From positions 109,761 to 173,760 of IMG/VR virus record IMGVR_UViG_3300044729_003129: a DNA stretch of 64,000 nucleotides; one strand, written 5' to 3'. A program made the position numbers and the translations under genes. Each line of letters opens with the position of its first letter. Position 1 is the first letter of the stretch. The notes beneath the pieces are model-generated. The model was not told the DNA's origin and did no database searches. It saw only the letters and a program-made list of their open reading frames with translations. Below are positions 47,904 through 57,155 of this stretch, one piece after another. Origin of the DNA: a virus.

Positions 47904-48614
47904 ATGCCATTACCAATCCTAGAATCCCCAAAATATGTATTGACTGTACCATCTACATCACAGTCAATTGAATATCGTCCTTTTCTTGTAAAGGAAGAAA
48001 AAATATTGCTGCTCGCACAGGAGTCAAACAGCTCATCAGAAATGATGTCCGCGATTAAAGACATTATACGAGCCTGTACATTCGGTGTCGTTGACCCAAA
48101 CGATTTGACTTCGTTTGACTTAGAGTATATTTTCTTAAAGTTACGAGCAAAGAGCGTAGGTGAAGTTAGCAATATCAAATGTAAGTGCGATCATTGTGAA
48201 ACTTACAACGAGGTGTCTGTTAATATTGATGATATTGAAGTAACGTGGCCAGTTAAAGAAATTAGCAACAAAATTATGTTAACTGATAAAATTGGTGTGG
48301 TTCTAAGACATATACGTGTAAATGATATGTCAACGATTATAAGCACATCTGAAGTTGATATGGACACAATAACAAATATGCTTATTGCTTCAATTGATTC
48401 AATCTTTGATGACAGTGGAGTGTATCCCTCAGCACAGTCGTCTCGCGAAGAGTTGCTAACATTTGTTAACAGCTTAAGCCGAGCTCAACTTAATAAAATT
48501 GAAGAGTATATATCAAACTCTCCTAAACTACAACATAGTGTAAAATTTAATTGTACTGGTTGTAAGACTGACAATGATATTACACTTGTAGGCACACAAG
48601 CTTTTTTCGAATAG
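47904..48614 (+). CDS. gp26: Baseplate hub assembly protein (gp26-like)
   Basis: MPLP...PKY.L.VPS, YRPFLVKEEKILLLA, FDLEYIFLKLRAKSVGE, two CxxC, ends AFFE. Confidence 0.9.
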   Translation: MPLPILESPKYVLTVPSTSQSIEYRPFLVKEEKILLLAQESNSSSEMMSAIKDIIRACTFGVVDPNDLTSFDLEYIFLKLRAKSVGEVSNIKCKCDHCETYNEVSVNIDDIEVTWPVKEISNKIMLTDKIGVVLRHIRVNDMSTIISTSEVDMDTITNMLIASIDSIFDDSGVYPSAQSSREELLTFVNSLSRAQLNKIEEYISNSPKLQHSVKFNCTGCKTDNDITLVGTQAFFE

Positions 48615-48784
48615 CCCTCTCGCATGAATCGTTGTCTAACTATTATCAAACAAATTTTGCATTAATGCAGCATCACAAATATAGTTTAACTGAATTAGAT
48701 ACAATGATACCATGGGAGAGGGAAATTTATATTGCAATGCTAATAAAACACATAAGAGAAGAAGAAGAAAAACGTAAAAAATGA
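48611..48784 (+). CDS. gp51: gp51-like hub assembly protein, probably reached by -1 frameshift from gp26
   Basis: IALSHESLSNYYQTNFALMQHHKYSLTELDTMIPWEREIYIAML; first ATG only at 48665 (TTG at 48632). Not in the ORF track. Confidence 0.8.
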   Translation: MALSHESLSNYYQTNFALMQHHKYSLTELDTMIPWEREIYIAMLIKHIREEEEKRKK

Positions 48785-50493
48785 CCGCAGAATCGTCACT
48801 AGCCCAGGTTGTAAAAGAATTACAAAGTTCTAATTTGTCTCAAGATCTTATTCTTGATACAATCGATAACTATGATTTTACACTTGCATCAAATGTTGCT
48901 AAAGAAAATACGACAGATGTTCCTACTTTTTTAGATAAATTAGTAGGCATAGCAGGCGATTTAAAAGGCAAATTTGATGTATTAATACGATCTAATGTAG
49001 TGTTAGCAAAGCGATTAGAAGGCAACAAATTACAAGAGCGTGAAAATCGTGATGAATTGCTTGACGCACTTGGAAAGTTAAAACCAGAAAAGACTAAGAG
49101 TGGTGTTAAAACAACTAAATTTGAAATGCCAGGCGGAATATTTGGGGGATTGCTGTCTGTGGCTGCATTAATGGGTGGATTTGTAACAGGATTTATATCT
49201 CAGCTCACGTCTCCAATATTTGCTGCACTAAAAAATGCAAAACTATTTCAAAAAATATCTAGTGTTTTTTCTACAGTTAGCAAATTTTTTACTGGCATTG
49301 TATTAAGTTTAAAAAATTCTCCTTTATTTAAAGGAACATTTACTGTAATAGAAAAGATTGGCGGTCTCTTAAATAAATTTAAATCAAGTAAAATTTTTAT
49401 GCTACTTGGTAAAATCTTTTCAATATTTGGAAATTCACCAGTATTAAAGACTATAACAGCTACATCTGGAATAATAGGAAGCGCCTTTTCTGCTCTTACG
49501 GATATATTTGGCGGGATGTTTAGGTTTTTTAAGATTGGTTTGACGCTTGGAAGCAAATTTGCTGGTTTATTTAAATTTTTAGGCGGTCCATTTACTTTAG
49601 CACTCACTGGAATAATAAGTGGTATTATGGGTGCAATTGACGGCTTTAAGAAAGATGGATTAATCGGTGGATTAAAGGGGTTTTTAGTTGGTGCATTTGA
49701 TGGATTAATCGGAGGTCTGCTAGATCTTGTAAAAGATGGAATATCTTGGGTATCTGAAAAACTTGGATTTTCAGAATTTTCTAAATTTTTAGATAGTTTT
49801 TCCTTTACTGGTTTATATTCAAAGTATATAATTGATCCACTGTTTGGAATGTATGCTGAAATTGGTAAATTTATAGGTGAAATACCTATGATGGTTACTG
49901 ATTTCTTTACATCACTACCTGATAAAATTAGTGTATTTTTTACTTCGGCAATGGATTCATTAACAACTATTTCAGATGATATGAGTGAAGTTGTAAATAA
50001 TTTTAATAAGGCTGTATTACGAGCAGTATTACCAGATCCAAAGGCAAAAGGAGGAATGTCTTATTATTTAAAATTAGCAATACCAGATTCTTTATATGAG
50101 TATGCATACAGCAGTTCTCCAAAAGAAAAAGAATCAACTAATTCTACATCAGAAAAATTAGCAACCGCTGCAACGTCTTCTGAAAAAATATTAAAGGCTA
50201 CATCTACAAATAATTTTACCGAACTAAGCAAAACTGAAAAGGCAATGGCTGCAGGTTATGGTTCATGGGATGAGTATGCTGCTTCAGACTTTAAGTGGAA
50301 AGCAAACATCAAAGCAACACCATTAACAACTGGCAACACCCTAGCGACTGCCGGCAACGTTGCAAATATAGCACCAACGATAGTTGTTAATAACAATAAT
50401 GGCGGCAATACTAATAATATTAGTAGCAGCAATGTAAATAATAATATGCCACAAATGATGCCAATACTAACTGGCAGTGCAATGGGTTATTAA
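48781..50493 (+). CDS. Putative tape measure protein (gp29 equivalent)
   Basis: 570-aa helical, Gly/Phe-rich amphipathic protein with N-rich C-terminus, following gp26/gp51. Confidence 0.65.
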   Translation: MTAESSLAQVVKELQSSNLSQDLILDTIDNYDFTLASNVAKENTTDVPTFLDKLVGIAGDLKGKFDVLIRSNVVLAKRLEGNKLQERENRDELLDALGKLKPEKTKSGVKTTKFEMPGGIFGGLLSVAALMGGFVTGFISQLTSPIFAALKNAKLFQKISSVFSTVSKFFTGIVLSLKNSPLFKGTFTVIEKIGGLLNKFKSSKIFMLLGKIFSIFGNSPVLKTITATSGIIGSAFSALTDIFGGMFRFFKIGLTLGSKFAGLFKFLGGPFTLALTGIISGIMGAIDGFKKDGLIGGLKGFLVGAFDGLIGGLLDLVKDGISWVSEKLGFSEFSKFLDSFSFTGLYSKYIIDPLFGMYAEIGKFIGEIPMMVTDFFTSLPDKISVFFTSAMDSLTTISDDMSEVVNNFNKAVLRAVLPDPKAKGGMSYYLKLAIPDSLYEYAYSSSPKEKESTNSTSEKLATAATSSEKILKATSTNNFTELSKTEKAMAAGYGSWDEYAASDFKWKANIKATPLTTGNTLATAGNVANIAPTIVVNNNNGGNTNNISSSNVNNNMPQMMPILTGSAMGY

Positions 50494-50765
50494 TCTGCAG
50501 TTCGATAATATACAATATTGTCAAACTCTTCAGGAGTTTTTACTCCTGGAAAACTATGCATAATTTCACCACGTATATTATAGCATATTGTGTGCGGTAT
50601 GCCATCTATTTTATATTCAAATATAAGCGGTATATTTTCTTCCTTGTCAATATCAATTATTTGCAAACTTGTAGGAGTGCGTTCACAATAGTCACGTAGT
50701 GTTTTTAGATGACGTAAACAATCAGTACAATTTAAGTATGTAAATACCTTTATTAGAAAGATCAT
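50490..50765 (-). CDS. Thioredoxin/glutaredoxin-like protein
   Basis: VFTYLNCTDC, IDID, YKIDGIPHT. Confidence 0.7.
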   Translation of the reverse strand: MIFLIKVFTYLNCTDCLRHLKTLRDYCERTPTSLQIIDIDKEENIPLIFEYKIDGIPHTICYNIRGEIMHSFPGVKTPEEFDNIVYYRTAD

Positions 50766-50782
50766 ATTAGTAGTATATATGC

Positions 50783-50817
50783 AAACAGGGGACAGAAGTT
50801 CTGTCCCCTGTTTTTTT
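50783..50817 (+). terminator. Rho-independent terminator, possibly bidirectional
   Basis: AAACAGGGGACAGAA-G-TTCTGTCCCCTGTTT perfect inverted repeat; T7 tract on plus, T3 on minus; downstream of gp32. Confidence 0.8.
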
Positions 50818-50831
50818 CTAATCTTTAAACA

Positions 50832-51755
50832 TTAACCACCTTGAGCAAGCTTTGCAAAGTAGCTAAGCGACTCATCGTCATCATCGTCATCTGTGCTTGA
50901 TGCAGAGAATGTCGATTCAGTACTTTTATAACTTGGAGTCTGTTCAACTGTTTTTCCAACTGCAGCAGCAGCGACATTCACGCTTTCTGGTTCAGTAGAA
51001 GAACCGGCAAGTGCCTCTGCACCAAGAACTTCAACAAGCTTACGTTTAAGATCTGCATACGACTTATAGTTTGCAGGATCAATAAAGTCCTTTAATGAGT
51101 ACAACGAATTGTAAGTCTTCTCAAGCTTAGCTTCGTCTCCGCTGAAAAGTTCAGAAGCTCCTTCAAATTCAGACTTATCATAGTTACGATAGCCTTCAAA
51201 GTTGCGAATTTTCAACTTGAAGTTTGCACCGGCCCAAAAATCAAATGGGTTGATTGGAGTCTCATCTTGAAACTGTGGTTGCATAATATCCATAATCTTG
51301 TCAAAGATTTTCTTGCCATATTTGTACAAGAAAACTTTACCTTCGTTGTCTGGATTTGCTGGGTCACTAAGCACAAGAATATTAGAGACATAATGTAAAC
51401 GACGCTTACGCTCGCGAGCAATCTCTTTGTCTTTTTCATTGCCGCTGTTCCAAAGCACGCTATTGATCTCACTTACCGGGTCAGGTTGACCAATACTGGT
51501 AAGAGAATTTTCAATGTACCAACGACCAGTTGGTCCCTTAAAACCATGATCCCAAAAGCGAACCCATGGCAGATCTTCACCTTCAAGAGCTGGTAAAAAG
51601 CGAATCACGGCATAACCGTTTCCAGCTTTATCAACTACTGGGCTCCAAATACGATCGTCTCCGTATGAAGCTTTTGGTGTACTCAATTTTTCTGCAGCTT
51701 CAACAAGTTTATTAATGCTTGCTGCCCGATTTTGTTTTAGTTTATCAAATGACAT
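50832..51755 (-). CDS. gp32: Single-stranded DNA-binding protein (gp32)
   Basis: DKAGNGYAVIRFLPA, WYIENSLTSIG, YKYGKKIFDKI, GANFKLKI, NYDKSEF, acidic tail. Confidence 0.97.
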   Translation of the reverse strand: MSFDKLKQNRAASINKLVEAAEKLSTPKASYGDDRIWSPVVDKAGNGYAVIRFLPALEGEDLPWVRFWDHGFKGPTGRWYIENSLTSIGQPDPVSEINSVLWNSGNEKDKEIARERKRRLHYVSNILVLSDPANPDNEGKVFLYKYGKKIFDKIMDIMQPQFQDETPINPFDFWAGANFKLKIRNFEGYRNYDKSEFEGASELFSGDEAKLEKTYNSLYSLKDFIDPANYKSYADLKRKLVEVLGAEALAGSSTEPESVNVAAAAVGKTVEQTPSYKSTESTFSASSTDDDDDDESLSYFAKLAQGG

Positions 51756-51812
51756 ATGTTTATTTGTATTGCAGTGTATTGTTATTGTGTGATGTTATAT
51801 AACCACTTGGCT

Positions 51813-51840
51813 ATTATAACATATTTCAAGGCTTTGTAAA
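51813..51840 (-). promoter_or_regulatory. Sigma70-like promoter of gp32
   Basis: TTTACA-16 nt-TATAAT with TG extension. Confidence 0.6.
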
Positions 51841-52443
51841 TGTTTTTATTACAATTTCTTGAAAAGCTTTTTGTTGTAATGGTAAGTTACGAATAAATGG
51901 CTTGTAGTTATTTATCTTTAGAGTCATGGCGGCGTAAAGCCCCATCGGGTCAGACACTCCTGCACCGATACGACATGAATAGTTGCATAAGACATCAAGT
52001 ATGCATAGCGTCTCTACAGAGACTCGACCACTCGCCGCAAAATCATAGAGTGGTATTTGCGAGCCGCGCGGTCGTAACAGTTCATCAAAGTTGTCAGTAA
52101 TCGACTTGCATGCAGTGAGCTCTTCTTTAAAGCTGTATTGCAGACGCTGTATTTTAGAAGTCCAAAGAGTGTATGCCTCTTCTGTCATATTTCCAATCCA
52201 TTCGTTTCCAGCAAGTAGATTGGCTAAAAAATATTCAATTACTGTTTTCTTTTTAATATAACGACGAGCCAATTTTTCAAAAAAATAACGATCCCGCCGA
52301 GACTGAAATGTACTCTCCTTTAAACGTGGTCCCTTAAAGTTAAATTTAAATGCATCATAGTTGCCTTCACTAAAATGCAATTTCATGGCCATATAAATTG
52401 ACCACGTCTCAAAACCAGAGACTCGTACGTCTTGAACTGTCAT
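51826..52443 (-). CDS. gp59: Helicase loader (gp59)
   Basis: YMAMKLHF...YDAFKF, RRDRYFFEKLA, VSVETLCILD; adjacent to gp32. Confidence 0.88.
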   Translation of the reverse strand: MTVQDVRVSGFETWSIYMAMKLHFSEGNYDAFKFNFKGPRLKESTFQSRRDRYFFEKLARRYIKKKTVIEYFLANLLAGNEWIGNMTEEAYTLWTSKIQRLQYSFKEELTACKSITDNFDELLRPRGSQIPLYDFAASGRVSVETLCILDVLCNYSCRIGAGVSDPMGLYAAMTLKINNYKPFIRNLPLQQKAFQEIVIKTFTKP

Positions 52444-52676
52444 GCAAATAGTGATGCGCTCCTAGGCAATAAGTTATTGCGCTGTGCCTCAGCTTCAAGT
52501 TTTTCTTTTAGACTGCCGACAACAAGTTTTGAAATGTCGTCAGGATCTATTGTATGGTCATCGCAATAGTCAATGATTGCTTCAAGATATCCTATAGATT
52601 TGAGACGAACCCGGCGCTCAATTTCAAGAGCAAACTCCTGTTTTGTTAAAATTTTTATTGGTAATTCTTCAGACAT
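52440..52676 (-). CDS. gp33: Late transcription coactivator (gp33)
   Basis: FALEIE, YLEAIIDYC, LKEKLEAEA..NLL; start moved to 52676. Confidence 0.88.
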   Translation of the reverse strand: MSEELPIKILTKQEFALEIERRVRLKSIGYLEAIIDYCDDHTIDPDDISKLVVGSLKEKLEAEAQRNNLLPRSASLFA

Positions 52677-52677
52677 A

Positions 52678-53895
52678 TTATATTTTGTGTTCAACTACTT
52701 TTAAGATTATTGTTTGTTCATTTATACGGCCATTTGCTGGTTTTTTCTTAACTGTTAAGTTTACAAACAATTTGTCAAGTTGTTTTGGTGTAGAACTTAA
52801 AATGTTATTTAGAGTCTCTTTGGGTTTACGAAGAGTTGCAATAAAGCTGCTTGACATGTCATAGCCTTTTAATGAAGTTCCTTTTACTTCAAAGCCAGCC
52901 GCTCCAGATGCAACATAGACACTCAGCGCCCGCGTTTTTGTATTAAAGAGGTAGAGTCTCTGAGAAGTTGGAATGCGAGTCGGAGAAACAGAGTCTAGGC
53001 TCCAGTCTGATGAATGTTGTTGATACTTTAATTTTGAAACCTGTTTGCTAGCATCCTTAACCTTTTTCTTACGAGGCTTGCGAGTAGAATTTTTAATTTT
53101 TGCATGGTTACGAACGTCACCAATCATGCTTTCAAGCGACTTTACAATCTTACGAAGTTCTGCCTTTGGTAAGTGCGAATAACCTTCAACAAGCTGTTCA
53201 TCGAGACGTTGAAGAGCTCCATTATATTCTTCATAGTTTTTTTCTAACCAATCGAGTATAGTCTTACAGCCTTGTGCAGGAATCTTAGAGTCTCGTAAAG
53301 CGGCAGACATATTAAAAGAAGCATTTCCAGAACGAGTGGTTGCCCATTGATCGGCGCAATCCTCAAGTTGCACAACAATCTCCTTGTGCACTCTCTCGCG
53401 TATACGATCAAGTGGACTTGGAGTTGCAACTTTAACCTTTGTATCGTCATTATTATCTGACGATGAGTTTGCTCGTAAAAGTGTAATTGCTCGTTTTAAC
53501 TCATGATGCACAACTGATGCATCATCCTTTGGAACCGGCGGTTCATCGTGAAATGGTAGAGTTGCAAAATATTCTGTTGCTTGTGGGTGTATACTTGGCA
53601 TTCCGCGCGTCAAACACCTTACTAGTTTGCCAACTGTACTTGGTAAAACGTTTGGGTTTGCCTCTTTGATTGCAGAGACATCATCCTTGTTATACCCGTT
53701 GATCTTCATCCAATCAAGCACGAGTGGCTTCATCGCTGCAGTATCCAAGTAGTAATTATAAAACCCTAAAGCGCGGGCCCGTGTCTTATAAAACTTTTCA
53801 ATTGGCCAAGTTTCCCAACCATTCCATTCTGGCTCGTCGCCTGTCCACTTTGCGTCTGGCGCAATTACACGACCTGCTTTAAATGCATTACTCAT
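52678..53895 (-). CDS. Conserved T4-like hypothetical protein
   Basis: ALGFYNYY, LVEGYSHL, KPRKKK, LFNTKTR.L..Y, VKGTSL, TLRKP, NGRINE. Confidence 0.7.
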   Translation of the reverse strand: MSNAFKAGRVIAPDAKWTGDEPEWNGWETWPIEKFYKTRARALGFYNYYLDTAAMKPLVLDWMKINGYNKDDVSAIKEANPNVLPSTVGKLVRCLTRGMPSIHPQATEYFATLPFHDEPPVPKDDASVVHHELKRAITLLRANSSSDNNDDTKVKVATPSPLDRIRERVHKEIVVQLEDCADQWATTRSGNASFNMSAALRDSKIPAQGCKTILDWLEKNYEEYNGALQRLDEQLVEGYSHLPKAELRKIVKSLESMIGDVRNHAKIKNSTRKPRKKKVKDASKQVSKLKYQQHSSDWSLDSVSPTRIPTSQRLYLFNTKTRALSVYVASGAAGFEVKGTSLKGYDMSSSFIATLRKPKETLNNILSSTPKQLDKLFVNLTVKKKPANGRINEQTIILKVVEHKI

Positions 53896-54157
53896 TTGTG
53901 TCAAAAATTGAAATTACGCTGTCAACATTAAAGCTGCGCCAGCCTTGTTTTTCAAGGTCATAGACCTTAACGAGATTATCATTTTCGGCGATAACTCGAG
54001 GAGACGAGCTTTTAACTTCAACTTGAGGCGTCAATGATTCAGCGAGCGTGCACTTCATGCCGCGAAGTGTGCCATCTTTTTTGGTAAAAGTGACGAGTGC
54101 GACTCCATCTTGAAGTCTTTGCAATATTGATGACTTATCTAAACTTATGCTTTTCAT
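53888..54157 (-). CDS. WYL-like/SH3-fold (DUF2693-type) protein
   Basis: VTFTKKDGTLRGMKCTL...VYDLEKQGWRSF; start moved to 54157. Confidence 0.75.
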   Translation of the reverse strand: MKSISLDKSSILQRLQDGVALVTFTKKDGTLRGMKCTLAESLTPQVEVKSSSPRVIAENDNLVKVYDLEKQGWRSFNVDSVISIFDTNE

Positions 54158-54163
54158 ATAGTT

Positions 54164-54192
54164 ATTATACACTAATTTACTAGAAATGTAAA
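54164..54192 (-). promoter_or_regulatory. Sigma70-like promoter, probably leaderless transcript
   Basis: TTTACA-17 nt-TATAAT, 6 nt before the ATG at 54157. Confidence 0.7.
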
Positions 54193-54201
54193 TAAGAAAC
54201 T

Positions 54202-54597
54202 TTAGTATGTTTTAACACGATGGTTATCTACTTGCATTTCAAGTTCACGAATTTTACAAAGAGCGTCTTCATGCGACTTTTTTAAATTATCGAGTTCTGA
54301 TTTGTTGTGAACATTTATAATCCAGAGAAGATCTTCTGGAGTTTTGATAGATTTCAAATCACCATCGTAACCTGCATCATAACCTTTAGATCCATATTCA
54401 TTCTCTAAAATATGCCACATGATCCATCCTTCTGGATCAAAGAAGCTAATGACTGTCTCTATTGAGGACCAGATAGCATTTTGCAGTCGTCCTTCGATTT
54501 CAAGGCACCCCGCCGCTCTTGCCGCATCGCATGCATCGCTAAGTTCTTTATACTCTTCTAGGAGCTTTGTTAGTTGTTCGAGTGTTAGTGTATACAT
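54202..54597 (-). CDS. Hypothetical protein
   Basis: 131-aa ORF tightly packed in the operon. Confidence 0.6.
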   Translation of the reverse strand: MYTLTLEQLTKLLEEYKELSDACDAARAAGCLEIEGRLQNAIWSSIETVISFFDPEGWIMWHILENEYGSKGYDAGYDGDLKSIKTPEDLLWIINVHNKSELDNLKKSHEDALCKIRELEMQVDNHRVKTY

Positions 54598-54601
54598 AAT
54601 G

Positions 54602-55252
54602 TTAAATATTCCATGCTGCTAATGTGTGTTTAAATGGCTCTCCTTCAATTTCTGATACAAGACGGAGCATCTCAGCTGAGATCTCGCGTATCTCTAGCTG
54701 TGCATGCTCAGAGTTGCGTAGCTTCAAAAAGTTTGCAAAGCTACGCATATTAAATTGAACATCAGCCTGTATTTGAGAGTTGTAAGTCTTAAAGAAACGT
54801 GCGCTTTCCTTCGCGCGTTTACGACCAAGTACGGGTTCTAAATCTTTTAAGGCGGAATGATACATTTTATTGCCTAACTGAGTGTACCATTCTAAAGCTT
54901 CGTCCCAATTCTCAAAATTACCAAATTTTTCAACACATTTAATACCTTGCCAATCTTTAGGTAGATAATACTTGTCGTCGTTTAGTTCTTTATATCGGGC
55001 TGATTCAGCATTAATGCTAGCAATACGATGCTTGAGCAGATGAATATGAGAGGCAATGTCAGTATCAACAAGAAAATGCACGCTGCCTTTTTCAAACGGT
55101 GTTTCGTGACCATTAGACCACAACATGTTGATGAGTCCAGGAATGCGCGATTTCTTTTCATCAGTTAATTCTCGTGATGTGCTTGTCCATGCACTACAAG
55201 CGATAGTTTCATCACACCCATAATGCCCAATTAGTTCTACTTTATTTATCAT
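54602..55252 (-). CDS. thyX: Flavin-dependent thymidylate synthase
   Basis: GHETPFE, KHRIASINAESARY (ThyX motif), KESARF, NMRSFANFLKLR...HAQLEIR; start moved to 55252. Confidence 0.92.
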   Translation of the reverse strand: MINKVELIGHYGCDETIACSAWTSTSRELTDEKKSRIPGLINMLWSNGHETPFEKGSVHFLVDTDIASHIHLLKHRIASINAESARYKELNDDKYYLPKDWQGIKCVEKFGNFENWDEALEWYTQLGNKMYHSALKDLEPVLGRKRAKESARFFKTYNSQIQADVQFNMRSFANFLKLRNSEHAQLEIREISAEMLRLVSEIEGEPFKHTLAAWNI

Positions 55253-55257
55253 AAATT

Positions 55258-55737
55258 TTACCAAGAAGATTGATAGAAGAGGCGTTCGTTGTTCCAATCT
55301 GTATAGTCAATCAAACCCGAAATTGTTTGAATACTGCTCTCTACTTTATCCCAATAGTAGTCGTCTACTTCAGTCGACCCCCAAAAGAATCCTTGTGTAG
55401 GAGGCAGCTTACTAGGATTCTTAAGATGGTAAACATCCTCAAGAATCTCTAACAGTTCAAAAAGAATATCTTTATCTAGTTCATAAAGATCGCATTTATC
55501 AATACCTAGCTGAACAGTTGTAACGAACCACTGATGCAGTGCATTAAACTTACGCCAGTATGCAACCTCTTGGAAGATTGTGTAATGATCAGGACACGTG
55601 TCCTCATACGGGCGCTGCAATGGCTCAAACTCCACAACTTCTGGCTGTCCAGGTTTCGGATTGCGATCAAGATCGCTCAGCTCTTTGATAGAGTGAGCAG
55701 TCTTCTTAACTTTAAATATATACATGTCAAGTCCCAT
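55258..55737 (-). CDS. Conserved phage hypothetical protein
   Basis: MGLDMY, YWRKFNALHQWF, GFFWGS, YQSSW. Confidence 0.7.
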   Translation of the reverse strand: MGLDMYIFKVKKTAHSIKELSDLDRNPKPGQPEVVEFEPLQRPYEDTCPDHYTIFQEVAYWRKFNALHQWFVTTVQLGIDKCDLYELDKDILFELLEILEDVYHLKNPSKLPPTQGFFWGSTEVDDYYWDKVESSIQTISGLIDYTDWNNERLFYQSSW

Positions 55738-55758
55738 ACCTTATTATATTAGAGTTTT

Positions 55759-55971
55759 TTAATCCCAGAGTATCTTCTCAGTAAATTCAAATGTCTTTAC
55801 TACACGTGTACTCCTTGGATGTCGTCTGTTAATTTCTTTCTCTGCGTCTTCAGCGCTATGATACAGACCACAAGTTTTCAACCAAAAGCATAAAACCTTT
55901 GATTCAATCTTGTAGTATTTGTCGTCTGTGAGGGGATTTTTCTCTTCTATGATTCGATAGTGTGAAGTCAT
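55759..55971 (-). CDS. Hypothetical protein, paralog of 56094-56294
   Basis: YRIIE..YY.I..K.L.FW..AE.AE..RVVKTF shared. Confidence 0.6.
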   Translation of the reverse strand: MTSHYRIIEEKNPLTDDKYYKIESKVLCFWLKTCGLYHSAEDAEKEINRRHPRSTRVVKTFEFTEKILWD

Positions 55972-55999
55972 ATTCTTATTATTATTCTATTATTATTCC

Positions 56000-56101
56000 T
56001 TAATACCAAAGATCATCATCACTAGCTTTATAAATGATATAGCATACAGCGAACAGAGCTAACGAGCCCGCGATGATAATTGTTAGCCACATATCACTCA
56101 T
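56000..56101 (-). CDS. Small single-TM protein (33 aa)
   Basis: MSDMWLTIIIAGSLALFAVCYIIYKASDDDLWY fills the gap. Not in the ORF track. Confidence 0.5.
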   Translation of the reverse strand: MSDMWLTIIIAGSLALFAVCYIIYKASDDDLWY

Positions 56102-56294
56102 AAGAAAATGTTTTTACTACTCTGTTTGGATTTTTCATCAGTTTCATAACCATATCTTCTGCTGCTTCCGCTGTCGCCCAAATTCCATAATGATACTCTG
56201 TGACCCAAAACCAAAGAAACTTTACTTGAATTGCATAGTATATTCTAGCAGTTGGAATAGCTATGCGTTCTACAATTCTATATTGTTTACTCAT
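56094..56294 (-). CDS. Hypothetical protein, paralog of 55759-55971
   Basis: YRIVE..YYAIQVKFLWFW..AEAAE..RVVKTF. Confidence 0.6.
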   Translation of the reverse strand: MSKQYRIVERIAIPTARIYYAIQVKFLWFWVTEYHYGIWATAEAAEDMVMKLMKNPNRVVKTFSYE

Positions 56295-56298
56295 AATT

Positions 56299-56673
56299 TT
56301 ATTCTTCATCACCGCAAGCTTCTCTCAACTTTCTCGCTGCAAGTTCATACACCTCAAAAAAATCATCACGATCTTGCTTAGAGAGATTGAGCACTCGTTC
56401 GCCTACGCTCTTTAGATCAGTGCAAAGTTCATCTGGATCATATTTAATGTAGGCAATAACCATATTCATCTCTTGTAGATCAAACACTGACTTGCTTATA
56501 GTGCAGTTGTCTTTTCTAAGACATGTATTGGTATCATCATATTCCCATCCATCTGCAAGATAGTCATATAACTTGCCATAATACTGACAAGGATAGTATT
56601 GCACGATGCTGAGTGTACGATGCGCATTCTCCGATGCTGATCGCGCTCCAATATTGTTGATTCTAATCTTCAT
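56299..56673 (-). CDS. Hypothetical protein
   Basis: Packed ORF, start MKIRINNIG. Confidence 0.6.
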   Translation of the reverse strand: MKIRINNIGARSASENAHRTLSIVQYYPCQYYGKLYDYLADGWEYDDTNTCLRKDNCTISKSVFDLQEMNMVIAYIKYDPDELCTDLKSVGERVLNLSKQDRDDFFEVYELAARKLREACGDEE

Positions 56674-56980
56674 AGTTCTGTTCAGGTATATTATTATCAA
56701 AGAGGTCCTTCCAATCTTCTACTGCTTTCTTCTCCAGCGAAAAGCCGTCTTCATCCATAAAGGAAGAAAAACTATCCGTAAAGTATGCAAGTGCTCGATA
56801 GAGTGCATGTCCTCTTTCAACGAGCTTTATATTGAGTTCCCCTACAGGCTCACACGCGTAACACGCTCCTTGAAAGCCATTGCGAAGTTTATAGTTTTCT
56901 TCCTTGAGAGAATCAATCTCTTGTTGTAATTCAGAGAATCTGCAGTCAAGCACTTCGCGCAATGAGTCTAGTCTGTTCAT
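56663..56980 (-). CDS. Hypothetical coiled-coil protein with CxxC
   Basis: LQQEIDSLKEENYKL..GACYACEPVGELN. Confidence 0.6.
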   Translation of the reverse strand: MNRLDSLREVLDCRFSELQQEIDSLKEENYKLRNGFQGACYACEPVGELNIKLVERGHALYRALAYFTDSFSSFMDEDGFSLEKKAVEDWKDLFDNNIPEQNYED

Positions 56981-56981
56981 A

Positions 56982-57149
56982 TTATGCTCCGGGTTTTGAT
57001 CCAATTACAATTTGTGATTCAAAAGATTCATCACAAAATTCAAAACTCATCACATCTCCAAATGGTCCTTCTTCGATGTTAGAAAATTCTATCTCATCGG
57101 TTGAAATCCAACCCCATTGTCCAGCGCAAACCCAAGTTTTTTGTTTCAT
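56982..57149 (-). CDS. Hypothetical acidic protein (55 aa)
   Basis: MKQKTWVCAGQWGWISTDEIEFSNIEEGPFGDVMSFEF...; fills the gap. Not in the ORF track. Confidence 0.55.
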   Translation of the reverse strand: MKQKTWVCAGQWGWISTDEIEFSNIEEGPFGDVMSFEFCDESFESQIVIGSKPGA

Positions 57150-57155
57150 ATTCAT

